Made by a program: the position numbers and the translations under genes
Shown: in pieces, positions 21,064 to 31,882 of the stretch
How the letters are laid out: the number at the start of each line of letters is the position of its first letter
Numbering within the stretch: the first letter of the stretch is position 1
Notes under the pieces: generated by a model
What the model saw: only the letters and a program-made list of their open reading frames with translations
The model's database searches: none
What the model was told of the DNA's origin: nothing
From: Oopsacas minuta
Lineage: Eukaryota > Animalia > Porifera
Assembly: GCA_024704765.1 (NCBI GenBank)
Contig: JAKMXF010000266.1
Span: forward strand, 248,001 to 312,000
Length of the DNA: 64,000 nt
Direction of reading: 5' to 3'

Positions 21064-22392
21064 ATGGCTTCTCCTGAATCAGTTGATCCCAAGGGTAACT
21101 TCGCAGAGGTCGAAGAATCCATTAGTTCTGTATTAGACAAACCTATTCGTTTGTTGACAGAACGTAAAAAGTATTTGTTAGGGGAACTAAATCACTCGAG
21201 GGAAGAATACATTGGGGAGAGGGCTGAGCATTTCAGTATCATCGAAGAGCTTATAGCTTCTAGAGATGAACTTAAATGTATTTCTAGTCTTATGAAAGAG
21301 AATCAAGCACAGGGAGAATTAACCAAATCTATCATCAACTTAGAAGAGAAGATATCAGCACTTGAACAGGAGTTACCCCCTTCTCCAAATATACAATTCA
21401 AATATGAGTTCGCTCAATTGCAGAGAATTGAGAACTTTATCCTTAATTTTGGTGAATTAGATTTTGGCAAAACAATAACTGAAACGATTGATAATGATAA
21501 GAAACTTGATATCCCCGCAGGGCCTGTTGAGAAACCAATAGCTAATATACAGCCAAAGAAAGCCGGTCCCCCACAGAAACCAAGGGATTATTCCTTAATA
21601 AAAACCCATCAAACTAAGCTAGCCAAATTCGGGAAGGAAGAGAGTGACGTAACAGATCCTGGCTGTATATATATTGATGAGGCGAATGATCACGTGTACA
21701 TTTGTGATGGAGGTAATGGTAGAATACAAATATGGACAACAGAGGGAGAATATCTGAGAGAATTTGGGAAAGACCAATTGGTCTCACCTGTCGGTATTAT
21801 ACTATATAACGAGGCTATTTACATAACTGACTTCTTTAAAAAATCCTTATTTAAATACAATAGCGATTTTACTTATGTTAAAAAGTTCGGCCGTAAACCA
21901 ACTTATAAATTCAACTATCCTCATAGTATTGATGCAGAAGATGACGAGTTATTTATAGCTGAACCTTTCAAACATAAGATTTCAGTGTTCTCTCCTGATC
22001 TTGAGTACAAAAGGACATTAGGTGTTGGAATAATTAAGAAATGCTATGGTATCAAAGTAAGGGACGGCGTGATTAATGCATTAGAATACAATGCTAATAC
22101 AATCAAACAACTGCAGGCTAATACTGGAGACCTAATTCGCTCAATTCCGATCAACAACGACGGTATCTCCAATTTTAACTATACTTTCCTTGCTACAGAC
22201 CCTTATGGGAACTTTATTGTTACAGATATGGTAGCTGACATGCTTAAAATATTAAATCCTGATGGTGAGGTAATTTCATCAATTTATTTTGAGCGATGGA
22301 AATCTCACGAACCTAAAGCAATTGCTTTTACCTCTGATAATAAAATATTTATTGGATTCTCGGAAGGAGAAAGCAGCATACTTATCATATAG
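21064..22392 (+). CDS. Coiled-coil + NHL-repeat beta-propeller protein 1 (TRIM-NHL-like, no RING/B-box)
   Basis: ATG at 21064; helical N-terminus; repeats DPGCIYID..VYICDGGNGRIQIW, SPVGI..YITD, YPHSI..FIAEP..HKISVF. Confidence 0.85.
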   Translation: MASPESVDPKGNFAEVEESISSVLDKPIRLLTERKKYLLGELNHSREEYIGERAEHFSIIEELIASRDELKCISSLMKENQAQGELTKSIINLEEKISALEQELPPSPNIQFKYEFAQLQRIENFILNFGELDFGKTITETIDNDKKLDIPAGPVEKPIANIQPKKAGPPQKPRDYSLIKTHQTKLAKFGKEESDVTDPGCIYIDEANDHVYICDGGNGRIQIWTTEGEYLREFGKDQLVSPVGIILYNEAIYITDFFKKSLFKYNSDFTYVKKFGRKPTYKFNYPHSIDAEDDELFIAEPFKHKISVFSPDLEYKRTLGVGIIKKCYGIKVRDGVINALEYNANTIKQLQANTGDLIRSIPINNDGISNFNYTFLATDPYGNFIVTDMVADMLKILNPDGEVISSIYFERWKSHEPKAIAFTSDNKIFIGFSEGESSILII

Positions 22393-22732
22393 TTATACAT
22401 ACGGATTTCTTCCCTTTTCACTTCCAAATTAAATAACTCTTTAGCTAGTCATAAATATATCATATTACTTCATTTTCTTGTTATTATTTCAACCTAACCC
22501 CATTTGCTATTCCCTGATTGGTAATTAAAGACCTTGAACTTTATGATCTATTATTAGTAATGATTAATTTGATAATACTTTTATTGGAAATAATACTTGC
22601 TTGCATGACAATTCGACTTAAATTAATTTTGATTAGTTTCATGGTTTATCACTTCTTATAATTATAATATGTATTATAACAAATCTATTTAAATATTCTT
22701 GAATATTTTCTGAAAAAAATTCAGCCCCAAAA

Positions 22733-23767
22733 ATGATTTTAATATTTATCTTATCTGTCTTGTGTTTCCAATCTTATGGACAAGATAATTATAATAATTT
22801 CCGGTATAATGCAAATGGTCTACAGCTGTATATTAACGGTGGCTTCTTTTACATACAAATTACTCCAACATTCAGTTACATTGAAGCAAGCCAAATATGT
22901 AGAGAGTATTTTCGTTCATCTTTTCTGCGATTTGACATAGTAAACTTATTGAATCTAACGGCTGAGGTTGTTACCATTAGTTGTGAAGATGAAAATACAA
23001 GTATAAATGATTGTGCTTGGTCCAATTTGGTAGGTGAGGGCTTCGAAGTAATTAATATTACTTGTTTGGATGCTGGACTAGAGGGACGAACTATAAAACG
23101 TTTAGTTGATGGTTCTATTGCCGTTTCAACTACAATACGTGAGGATTATTATATATGGGGACATTTCTGTTATTATAATACTGATGGCTGGGATAATAGA
23201 GCTGCAACACTTGCATGTAGGAGTTTAGGCTACAATGGCGTAGCTCCAGGGAAGGAAAAGTTACTTCTAGTAAAGCCGGTAGTATTTGGGCTTGAACATA
23301 TAAATTGCATTGGTGTGAACACATTTGAAGAATGTACTTTCATTCCTGCTGATGCAAAAGGTCGTTGTGAAAGTGATAAAGTGTTCCAAGTACAATGTGA
23401 TAATGATGTAACTCCAATTCCAACTAGTCCTACTGTCATACATACTGCTACCATTTTTGGAACTACTCCACGTATATCTACCTCAATTACATATCGCACA
23501 AGTACAGTAACAGTAAAGCCTACCAATATTGCAAGTGCTTATATCAACTGGATGATCATAGGAGCTGGAATTCTAGTGATCATTATACTCCTATCGATTG
23601 GAATCATGATTGTACTTGTCCTATGTTGTTGCCACAGGATTACAAAGACAAAACCTCCACTTGAACTGACCCTTGATCACCTATATAGCCGTCCTAACCT
23701 TCCAGCTACGCTACGGACTAGATCGGAACAAGTACCACCACCCCAACAGTACTATGTTCTACCTTGA
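22733..23767 (+). CDS. Single-pass receptor with two degenerate SRCR modules, short Tyr tail, no kinase
   Basis: Signal peptide; WGHFC..GWDNRAATLACRSLGY..FGLEHINC.G..FEEC; TM; tail LYSRP, YYVLP. Confidence 0.8.
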   Translation: MILIFILSVLCFQSYGQDNYNNFRYNANGLQLYINGGFFYIQITPTFSYIEASQICREYFRSSFLRFDIVNLLNLTAEVVTISCEDENTSINDCAWSNLVGEGFEVINITCLDAGLEGRTIKRLVDGSIAVSTTIREDYYIWGHFCYYNTDGWDNRAATLACRSLGYNGVAPGKEKLLLVKPVVFGLEHINCIGVNTFEECTFIPADAKGRCESDKVFQVQCDNDVTPIPTSPTVIHTATIFGTTPRISTSITYRTSTVTVKPTNIASAYINWMIIGAGILVIIILLSIGIMIVLVLCCCHRITKTKPPLELTLDHLYSRPNLPATLRTRSEQVPPPQQYYVLP

Positions 23768-24024
23768 GTAATATCTGCTAGTTTTAGCCAACATTCATTT
23801 TTCCCCTTTTACTGGGTTTCCTTGTGTCTTGTGTTATTTTTTTAGAATTAATGTAAATTAATTATCCAAATCATAAAGATAATAATGGTTTGCATGCATT
23901 TTTATATAACAATTCATTATTGTTGATGTATTAGTAAAGTATTCTGGGTATTCAAATGCACACATTTGCAATTAGATACTATTTATGGACGTTCTGAATG
24001 TGAAAATGCATTCAAGGCAATTCA

Positions 24025-25038
24025 ATGAACGAAATGTTTCAACAGAAACTCTTCAATATTCTATTCTTCCACCATTTATTTTTCTTCAGTACTATTCTAG
24101 TACATGCCATAGAGAACAATATAACATTTCCCGTTCAGGAAAATTCGGCTCCAACTCTACAAGAAAGGAATACTTTGATAATAATAATAATCGTAGTATG
24201 TGGGTGTATTGCCTTGCTTCCTTTAATTTTTATACTGAAGTGTATCTTTATATGTTTCTTGAGGAAAAAGTATAAGCCTAGAGAAAAGCAAGGTCATGAG
24301 AATCTGTCAAACACCTATGATAGCGTCCGACCTAGAGATTCATATACTTCTGAATTCAACTACAATATTAATAGCGGTAACGTCCCCCCTAAACCATTTG
24401 AACAACCGAAAGGATATTACCCATCAGATAATCCCACTATTAATAATGACCATCCATCTCTTGATCATTCTTATGTGGGGATGCATCCAGTAACAATACA
24501 AAAATTACAACAAACAGACAACGAATACGTAGAAACTGATCAATATTCTGAAATTGAATTATCAAATCGATATGAAGAAATTTTACCCTTAAAAAAGCTT
24601 GAGAGTGTTAATGTGACGTCAACTGATGATTGTGACGTAGACTCATTCATTTCTGATACATCATCCAGAAGGGTTAATGATGTAATATCACCATCAAATC
24701 CACATGATGATTATGAAGGAATGATGCCAATAAAGAGTGTGTACGAATTAGACTCATTCACCTCTGATACAGCTTCCAGAAGGGTAAATGAAGTCATTTC
24801 GCCATCAAATCCAGATGATGATTATGAAGGGATGATGCCAATAAAAGTAAAAAATGAGTACGAATTAGACTCATTGACTTCTTATGTTGATAAGCCATAC
24901 TACGATACTCTCGGATCTCCTCTACATTATGATTACATTACTATTGCTACACCACCCTCCAACAAGCCTAGAAAATCCCCTAGCCTTCAACCAAATGATT
25001 CTTTTACCTACGATGAATTATCTCCGAGTCATCAGTGA
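24025..25038 (+). CDS. Transmembrane adaptor-like protein: about 20-aa ectodomain, Cys-rich TM end, about 20 cytoplasmic tyrosines
   Basis: Signal, TM, then YDSV, YVGM, YSEI, YEEI, YEGM x2, YDTL, YITI, YDEL. Product inferred from architecture. Confidence 0.7.
   Translation: MNEMFQQKLFNILFFHHLFFFSTILVHAIENNITFPVQENSAPTLQERNTLIIIIIVVCGCIALLPLIFILKCIFICFLRKKYKPREKQGHENLSNTYDSVRPRDSYTSEFNYNINSGNVPPKPFEQPKGYYPSDNPTINNDHPSLDHSYVGMHPVTIQKLQQTDNEYVETDQYSEIELSNRYEEILPLKKLESVNVTSTDDCDVDSFISDTSSRRVNDVISPSNPHDDYEGMMPIKSVYELDSFTSDTASRRVNEVISPSNPDDDYEGMMPIKVKNEYELDSLTSYVDKPYYDTLGSPLHYDYITIATPPSNKPRKSPSLQPNDSFTYDELSPSHQ
24638..24876 (+). repeat. Internal coding duplication of 111-117 nt (DSF.SDT.SRRVN.VISPSNP.DDYEGMMPIK), two full copies plus a partial third
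   Basis: TAGACTCATT at 24638, 24749 and 24866. Confidence 0.9.
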
Positions 25039-25403
25039 TAACACATGTATAACTTTCCATTTTGTTGTAGTATTTTCTTAGTTTCTAACAAATATTTGTT
25101 GTATATTATGTAATATAATCGTTTGTTTGTTGGTTAGATATCTGAATTCTCTATTATTTCAGTTCCTAACCAAACACTCATGCCAAACTTCGTTTATCGG
25201 GTTGACGAATTCTATCAGCTCATTCAAAATACAGATTACTTACGCGAACAGTACGACTGTATTGAAATTAAAATTATTAAACTTGAAATAAATATCTTTA
25301 CAAAACTATCTTACATAACAAATTGGGCTATATAAACACCAAGCAACGAATTTAACATGAACCCAATGTCAGATTACTATTAATGTTTGTTAATATCTTT
25401 TGT

Positions 25404-26708
25404 TTATTTCCAATCTGGTTTCGGAGTCCTGAACTCCCTGAAGCGCCCAATATGAGTATAGTATGGTTCTATCACTTCTACATACTTGCTTTCTTTGGGC
25501 CTCATTGGTACATAAGATTGTTGTTGATAATATTCCGCAGATTCAAGTAGATCTTCCATGATATAATAATGTTTATCTTGTTCAATTTGTTCCCCAATCG
25601 TGCCGTTTAGGATTGATGCCATTGGGAGGTATGATTCTTCCCCCTGCTTGCTCATTGTGCTTTGTCTACTGTCGGGTTTCTCACGCACTTCATCAACTTG
25701 ATCGTCCACATATGCCGCTAGACTATACTTCTTCCTAATACAGTATATCATAATCCCAACAACAGAACATACACCGATAATACAGCATATCAGTATAACA
25801 GCTGCTGTAAATCCTCCTGCAATAATATAGATCATGTATTCGTCTAGGAAATTTTTATTATATGAATACGTGGAATACGTTGTGTGACCACACAATTCAT
25901 GACCATTTGTTGTAGAACTACCAAAACGAGGGTTTGTACTGGTGCTTGTATTTGTACTCATGGCAATGACTGTGGTTGTTGTGACGGTTGCATTTGTTGG
26001 AATGTTTTCACACTCAACAGCTATAACACTATCATTCTCTCTACCACTACGATCGCATCTCCCATTGCTACTTCCAATACTACTATAACAATCACTGAAA
26101 TTCCCACTATCAGGACATTTAACATCTACAAGTCCGTATACCATGTTTGTAATAACTTCAATTGCTACACCGCTTGGTTTGACTCTATCATAGCCTAAAT
26201 GTTTACATACCAGATTTGCTGTATCCTCGTTCCAGTTATTGTTACCATCAAAGCAGAAATGAGCCCAAATAAGCTCTCCATCAGCGATTTCTCTCAATTG
26301 AACGATTCTACCATCTTCCAGCTGACGGATATCTCCAATATTATAGCTGATAGACTCCATACAGGTTAAGCCAATCGCGCTACCACCACTCCTGTAATGA
26401 AATGAACAATCTCTTGCATCTCTAGAAATACTATCACAATTCATATAAATTTCTCCATACTTATTCACTCCGTTATCCATTACCCTATACTGTAGCATTG
26501 CTTCATTAGAAAGGTTCCTACAAGCAACCATGCCTTCTCTATAATCGAATGAATGCATACGAACATAATACCAATCCCTCTTATCGCCCTCTCCTATGTA
26601 TATCTGTAACATTTCCTTGTTCTTTCGAAAACTGTATAATTCCTGTGCAAAACTAATGCTCAAAAGAGAGCTAATAATGAACACGATGATGTGATTTCTT
26701 ACAATCAT
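25404..26708 (-). CDS. Single-pass SRCR-like receptor, Tyr-motif tail, no kinase
   Basis: Signal; RQLEDGRIV..WAHFC..W....ANLVCKHLGY; Thr stalk; TM; YLPM, YY, YVPM, YYTHI. Confidence 0.8.
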   Translation of the reverse strand: MIVRNHIIVFIISSLLSISFAQELYSFRKNKEMLQIYIGEGDKRDWYYVRMHSFDYREGMVACRNLSNEAMLQYRVMDNGVNKYGEIYMNCDSISRDARDCSFHYRSGGSAIGLTCMESISYNIGDIRQLEDGRIVQLREIADGELIWAHFCFDGNNNWNEDTANLVCKHLGYDRVKPSGVAIEVITNMVYGLVDVKCPDSGNFSDCYSSIGSSNGRCDRSGRENDSVIAVECENIPTNATVTTTTVIAMSTNTSTSTNPRFGSSTTNGHELCGHTTYSTYSYNKNFLDEYMIYIIAGGFTAAVILICCIIGVCSVVGIMIYCIRKKYSLAAYVDDQVDEVREKPDSRQSTMSKQGEESYLPMASILNGTIGEQIEQDKHYYIMEDLLESAEYYQQQSYVPMRPKESKYVEVIEPYYTHIGRFREFRTPKPDWK

Positions 26709-27062
26709 CTCAAATTCTAAATTTATTTTGACCTTCTTGCTATCATGTTATATATTATTTGGGCTGTGGTATAGGGATTGGAAATGTATATTTTGATTAT
26801 TGTAGACTGTGGTGATTTTCTTTGAATTTCCTTAATGAATTTGGCCTCAAATTGGTGATTACCAGTGGTATGCTGAGCCAAACTTTATCAAATATTAGAT
26901 TGACAATTATTCTGTTAATTAACTATGGTTAATATTGTACACAAAAGGCAAAGTTGATACTACCACAAAATTAAATACGTATAAAATCATGCAAATAATA
27001 GAATATTTATTAATAAATACGATAGCATATTCTCCGTAAATTTGAGGAGTGACATTATGACG

Positions 27063-28331
27063 TCATGTTACTTCAATGTCGATATACAACGGTTCTATTG
27101 TGGATTGTTCTGTGTCCGTTTGCCCTGGTTTCATTTCCAAATACGTGTGTTGATATGATTGGGTTGAATCCTCTACTTCATTCAAATTGTAATACAATTT
27201 GTCTTTCTTTAACACCTGCTTAATATCTCCATTGGGGTGTGGTGCCATATTGAGATAAAGTTCGTTGTTATCACTCTCTCCATTTTCTACTTTTTCCTGT
27301 TCTTCAATTGGTTTCTCACAGTGACACATTTTATACAAGTAAATTGCTATTCCAATCAGCACTATACCTCCTATAACACAAATAAATAATACTACTGATA
27401 ATGCTATTGCTAAGAATGTAATGTTGGATGTGGTGAATGATATAATAGTAACAGATGAGTTTGTTTGGGGGTTATCGGAACTTGAGGATGTTAGTATGTT
27501 AGTTTGAGTGCTGAATGGTGTATTCATCGTAGTTTGAGTGCTGAGTGGTGTATTCATGGTAGATTGAAAATTTATTGATGCTGTTTGAGTAGAAGTTTGG
27601 ATAAAATTTTCACAAATAAGAGCTATTACATCTTCTCCCATACATCTATTAGCACTATCATCTCTAGCTTCGCTTGTACAGTTAGGAAAACTCGTTACTC
27701 CATCACAGTTTATATTTACAAGCCCATATACACCCCGCCTATTTTCTACTTTTATCCTTTCCATTCCAGCTTTAGCTCCTTCAAATCCCAAACTCTGACA
27801 GGCTAGATTGGCTACATTGTTGTCCCAAATATTTCCATCATAGCAAAAATGCGCCCAAACGAGCTTTCCATCTGCAAAATCAACCAACTGTACAATTCTT
27901 CCGTCTTCTAACTGACGAACATCTCCTACATTGTAGCCTGAGTAAGCTAAGCATGTTAAGTCTATTACCCTATCAGCATCACGAAGTCGCAATGTATTAC
28001 AATTCGCAATAGTTGGAGGGAGATTATCACAGTCGATTTCGAACTCATTAAAGTTATCATTGTAATCTATTCTGAAATATTCAACCATTGCTTCTTCATT
28101 CGATAGATTTCTACAGGCATAGTATAGTTCCCTGTAATCAATCCCTTGTTCACGAATGTTATAATAATTCCCATTACTAGTCATTCCATCTGAACTGTAG
28201 AATATCTGCAAATACTCTTGACCTCCATCAACATGCTGTCTAAAACTGTACTGTTCTTGACCGAAACATTCCAATCCATATCTTAAAATACAGAATAATA
28301 TACTGTGTATCACACAAGTTACAAAGAACAT
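27063..28331 (-). CDS. Single-pass SRCR-like receptor, no kinase; ectodomain near-identical to the RTK at 52886
   Basis: Same architecture as neighbours; tail YLNM, YYNL, YLEM, LYIDI. Confidence 0.85.
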   Translation of the reverse strand: MFFVTCVIHSILFCILRYGLECFGQEQYSFRQHVDGGQEYLQIFYSSDGMTSNGNYYNIREQGIDYRELYYACRNLSNEEAMVEYFRIDYNDNFNEFEIDCDNLPPTIANCNTLRLRDADRVIDLTCLAYSGYNVGDVRQLEDGRIVQLVDFADGKLVWAHFCYDGNIWDNNVANLACQSLGFEGAKAGMERIKVENRRGVYGLVNINCDGVTSFPNCTSEARDDSANRCMGEDVIALICENFIQTSTQTASINFQSTMNTPLSTQTTMNTPFSTQTNILTSSSSDNPQTNSSVTIISFTTSNITFLAIALSVVLFICVIGGIVLIGIAIYLYKMCHCEKPIEEQEKVENGESDNNELYLNMAPHPNGDIKQVLKKDKLYYNLNEVEDSTQSYQHTYLEMKPGQTDTEQSTIEPLYIDIEVT

Positions 28332-28595
28332 TTATTAATCAACTCAATTACCTAGAAAGCAGCAATTTGAGTTAAAAGTACACCTAACATTATTGTTTAC
28401 CATATTCATTATCTTAGGAATCAAATTACCAAGTCAAATCACTCGCAGTAGAGTTAGTTTACGAGATTTATTATAGCTCAATGTGGCGCAATAGAAACTC
28501 TAGGCAAAAGATGATTTAATAGTAGAATATGGTTAATTATTAAATGTGTATCAATACGTAAACTTTACATGACAGTAGGGCCCGTAAGTTTGCTT

Positions 28596-29819
28596 TCAAT
28601 ATAGAGTATAGTATGGCTCTTTTGCAGAATCTTTTGTGCGGGCTTGCTCACATTGTCTAGGTTTCATTTCCAAATACGTGTGTTGATATGATTGGGTTGA
28701 CTCCTCTACTTCATTCACATTGTAATACAATTTGTCTTTCTTTAACACCTGTTTAATATCTCCATTGGGGTACGACTGCATCCTGAGATATGGGTCGCAT
28801 TCCTTTCTCTCTCCTTCGTTGCTTGTTCCTTCTACAATATCTCCTATAACAGGTGTTCTACAGTATCCAGATTTACATAAGCAGATAGCTATCCCAGTTA
28901 GTAAACTTCCTATCATGAGTATTAAAAGGACGATTATTACTATACTTATCCCGGTAATTATGTAAATCATATGCTGGTTTATTTGCGTATTGTTGGTGTT
29001 ATAAGAGGTTGGAGCATTGGAACTCCATGTTGTAGAGTCAGTACTAGATGGTGAATAACTGGGTTCGTTACTTGTTGTTTGCATTTGAGCTGTAGTTACT
29101 TTGCCTTCGCATGTAATAGCTATTACACCTTGAAAGCAATCTCCATCATCAAAACGCGTGTAGTCACTTGTGCATTGTAGGAAATCAGTGGCCCCAGTGC
29201 AATCAATATCCACCAGTCCATAAACGCGTTTATATTTTTTCCCAATTGTAAACTCCGCTCCATTATGATAGCCTAACTTCTGACAAGCAAGATTAGTTGC
29301 ATTCATATCCCAACCTGGATTTCTATCTACGCAAAAATGTGCCCAAATATATTTCCCAGGATATAAGCTTTTCAGTTGTACAATACTACCATCTTCTAAC
29401 TGTAGAATATCTCCCTCATTATATTGGCTGGCATCTATACATGTCAGATTAATAATTACGTCGTTTAGAGGTACAAATTCCACAAAACAATCATCATTGT
29501 TTCTCCGAGGCAAGTCACAATAAATTGCTGCTGAGACTTGATTTTCATCTTCAAACATGTCTGTACTAATATCTTTGGTTTGGAAATCGACGAATGATTC
29601 ATTTGATAGTTCGTTACAAGCAACAATTCCTCCTCTATAATCGAATCTATGCCCACTGACATTATACCATTCTTCTATTCCCATCTTTGGTTGTGAAGGA
29701 AAGGAGATCTGTAACACATTGTTTATTTGTCTGAAAATGATTTCCTCTTGCAAACTACCCGCTTGCAATTGCAATACATAACAAACGGTTAATAATACAA
29801 TAATCGATCTTGATGGCAT
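28596..29819 (-). CDS. Single-pass SRCR-like receptor, Tyr-motif tail, no kinase
   Basis: LQLEDGSIV..WAHFC..GWD..ATNLACQKLGY..YGLVDIDC; tail YLRM, YYNV, YLEM, YYTLY. Confidence 0.8.
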   Translation of the reverse strand: MPSRSIIVLLTVCYVLQLQAGSLQEEIIFRQINNVLQISFPSQPKMGIEEWYNVSGHRFDYRGGIVACNELSNESFVDFQTKDISTDMFEDENQVSAAIYCDLPRRNNDDCFVEFVPLNDVIINLTCIDASQYNEGDILQLEDGSIVQLKSLYPGKYIWAHFCVDRNPGWDMNATNLACQKLGYHNGAEFTIGKKYKRVYGLVDIDCTGATDFLQCTSDYTRFDDGDCFQGVIAITCEGKVTTAQMQTTSNEPSYSPSSTDSTTWSSNAPTSYNTNNTQINQHMIYIITGISIVIIVLLILMIGSLLTGIAICLCKSGYCRTPVIGDIVEGTSNEGERKECDPYLRMQSYPNGDIKQVLKKDKLYYNVNEVEESTQSYQHTYLEMKPRQCEQARTKDSAKEPYYTLY

Positions 29820-30195
29820 TTTGAATAATTTTTCAAATCAACATACTACACAACTTACTATATACTCTCTGAATTTGTAAATCCTTCATTTTGTGGTTCA
29901 TTTTCTCAAGAATTTAGTGAATGTTGATGTCAACGTAAAACATATCCCTCATTGCTGAATACTATTACGTATAAGAATGTTGAATAACTCTGCAACGCAC
30001 TCACTAATATCAACTCAAGGTTTGCTTGCATTTTTATTTTCCTTTTACGTATACCCTCAATATTAAGAATTTATTTATTTATTATTTATATGTGAACTCC
30101 TACGTATGCTGGTATGATTGGAAATGCTTTGGTATCATTCACCATAGTATACACATATAGGTTTACAGAATTAGAATTTGTAATTTACCTATCAC

Positions 30196-31473
30196 ATGGC
30201 GTCCCCGATCACTCATCCATCTTCATCAAAAGAGGATGAAGAATCAGAAGATCCATTCGCTCAGGCTGAAACCCAAATACACGAAGCCTTGGATGGTCCA
30301 ATAGAACTTCTTTCTGGGAGGAAAGACAAGTTGTTAGCAGACATAAATGCATTACGTAAAGATTACAATGCAAAGAAATTGACTTGCTCAGAAAGCCTAC
30401 AAGAGTTGAAATCATCTCGAGAGGAATTACTGAACATAACCAGCTTGATGAGAGAGAACCAAGCTCAGGGGGAAATGATGAAAGCAATCAAAAACTTAGA
30501 AGCAAGAATATCCGCACTAGAAGAGGCAGCTCCCCCTTTCCCAGAGATTAATTTCACCTGTGATACAGGGGAGTTAACTGATCTTATTCCTACTCTAGGT
30601 GAGATACGATTAGCCAGTGACCCTGAGCCTACTAGCCACGCTCCTGATCAGTCTGAATCCAATATTCCCATCGATAAAAAGCCTCCTAAATCTTTCGGGG
30701 TCATTGGCAGAAAACCAGGAGAGATTGACAATCCAAATTGCATCTGTGTAGACAATGATAATGATAAGATTTATATTACAGACATGGGTAAGAGTTTGAT
30801 ACATGTCTTCTCAATACAGGGCGAGTATCTACGTGAATTTGCCAAGGGGAAAATGTCAGCACCTCATGGAATAGTATCACATAATGGTTTTGTATACGTC
30901 ACTGACTTTGAAGTGAATACCATATTCAAATTCAAACATGAGGAATATGAATTTGTGAAGAAGACGAATTCTAGGACTCCTGATGAGCGTTTGAATCGTC
31001 CTCATGGTATAGCAGCAGACAGATCAGAATTATATATAGCTGAGCCCTTCAAACACCGTGTATCTGTGTACGGAACAGATCTGACGTATAAAGGCACTCT
31101 TTTGAGTGGTGCAATAAAGAAATCATTTTCCATCCGTGTTATGAATAGACATTTATTCGTTCTGCAGGTTAGAACGAATACAATAAAAGTTCTAGACTTA
31201 CAATCAGGTGATGTAAAGAAATCTTTGGTAATTGACGAAGATGGAATTCCGTTGTTCAATGCACACTCTTTTGTATTTGATTCTAATGAGAACGTATACA
31301 TCTCAAACCATGGCTGTAATTACCTGAAGAAAATCCCCAAGCATGGTGGATTCGTCCAGATGCTACAGCTAGGAAAATGGGGTGTGTCTGACATCAGAGG
31401 AGTAGCTGTTGACAAGGAAGATAGGTTGTTCGTACTGTTTGGGAAGGGACCCTTTAGTGTGGCTGTATTATAG
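30196..31473 (+). CDS. Coiled-coil + NHL-repeat protein 2, paralog of the 21064 gene
   Basis: Both start MASP and share ELK/ELL..I.SLM.ENQAQGE..K.I.NLE and NHL repeats (NPNCI.VD..IYITD, PHGI). Confidence 0.85.
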   Translation: MASPITHPSSSKEDEESEDPFAQAETQIHEALDGPIELLSGRKDKLLADINALRKDYNAKKLTCSESLQELKSSREELLNITSLMRENQAQGEMMKAIKNLEARISALEEAAPPFPEINFTCDTGELTDLIPTLGEIRLASDPEPTSHAPDQSESNIPIDKKPPKSFGVIGRKPGEIDNPNCICVDNDNDKIYITDMGKSLIHVFSIQGEYLREFAKGKMSAPHGIVSHNGFVYVTDFEVNTIFKFKHEEYEFVKKTNSRTPDERLNRPHGIAADRSELYIAEPFKHRVSVYGTDLTYKGTLLSGAIKKSFSIRVMNRHLFVLQVRTNTIKVLDLQSGDVKKSLVIDEDGIPLFNAHSFVFDSNENVYISNHGCNYLKKIPKHGGFVQMLQLGKWGVSDIRGVAVDKEDRLFVLFGKGPFSVAVL

Positions 31474-31660
31474 AAACACAGTTCTATAAGTTATTTTTAC
31501 TTCCGTGTCGCTTATAACTTTTATTCGAAAATTATTCTATTATAGTATAAACGTATGTTAATAATTACAGACAACAGTGAAGCATCCAAAGACGTGGTCT
31601 GTGGAAACGGGAAACTTCTAGAGATAGAGGGGTAAAAAATATCGAGAATTCCTAGTCCAA

Positions 31661-31720
31661 TATAAATGAACCTCCACTAACTGGTGTCTATGGAACCCCG
31701 TTTGTGGAGGTTACATTGTA
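31661..31720. mobile_element. Short TA-flanked hairpin element upstream of BUD13 (MITE-like)
   Basis: TATAAATGAACCTCCAC ... GTGGAGGTTACATTGTA imperfect inverted ends. Confidence 0.45.
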
Positions 31721-31882
31721 TATTATTGGGCAGATACTTGTTTCACTTATACAATGGACCGCGAAATAAATCTTACTAACGGTAAACATAGCTAATATTT
31801 TTCAAGAGTGACCTAATCGCCATATTTGCATTTATGTTGTAAATTAAGAGACTCGATTGATAATTCTAATCAAATAAGCTGT

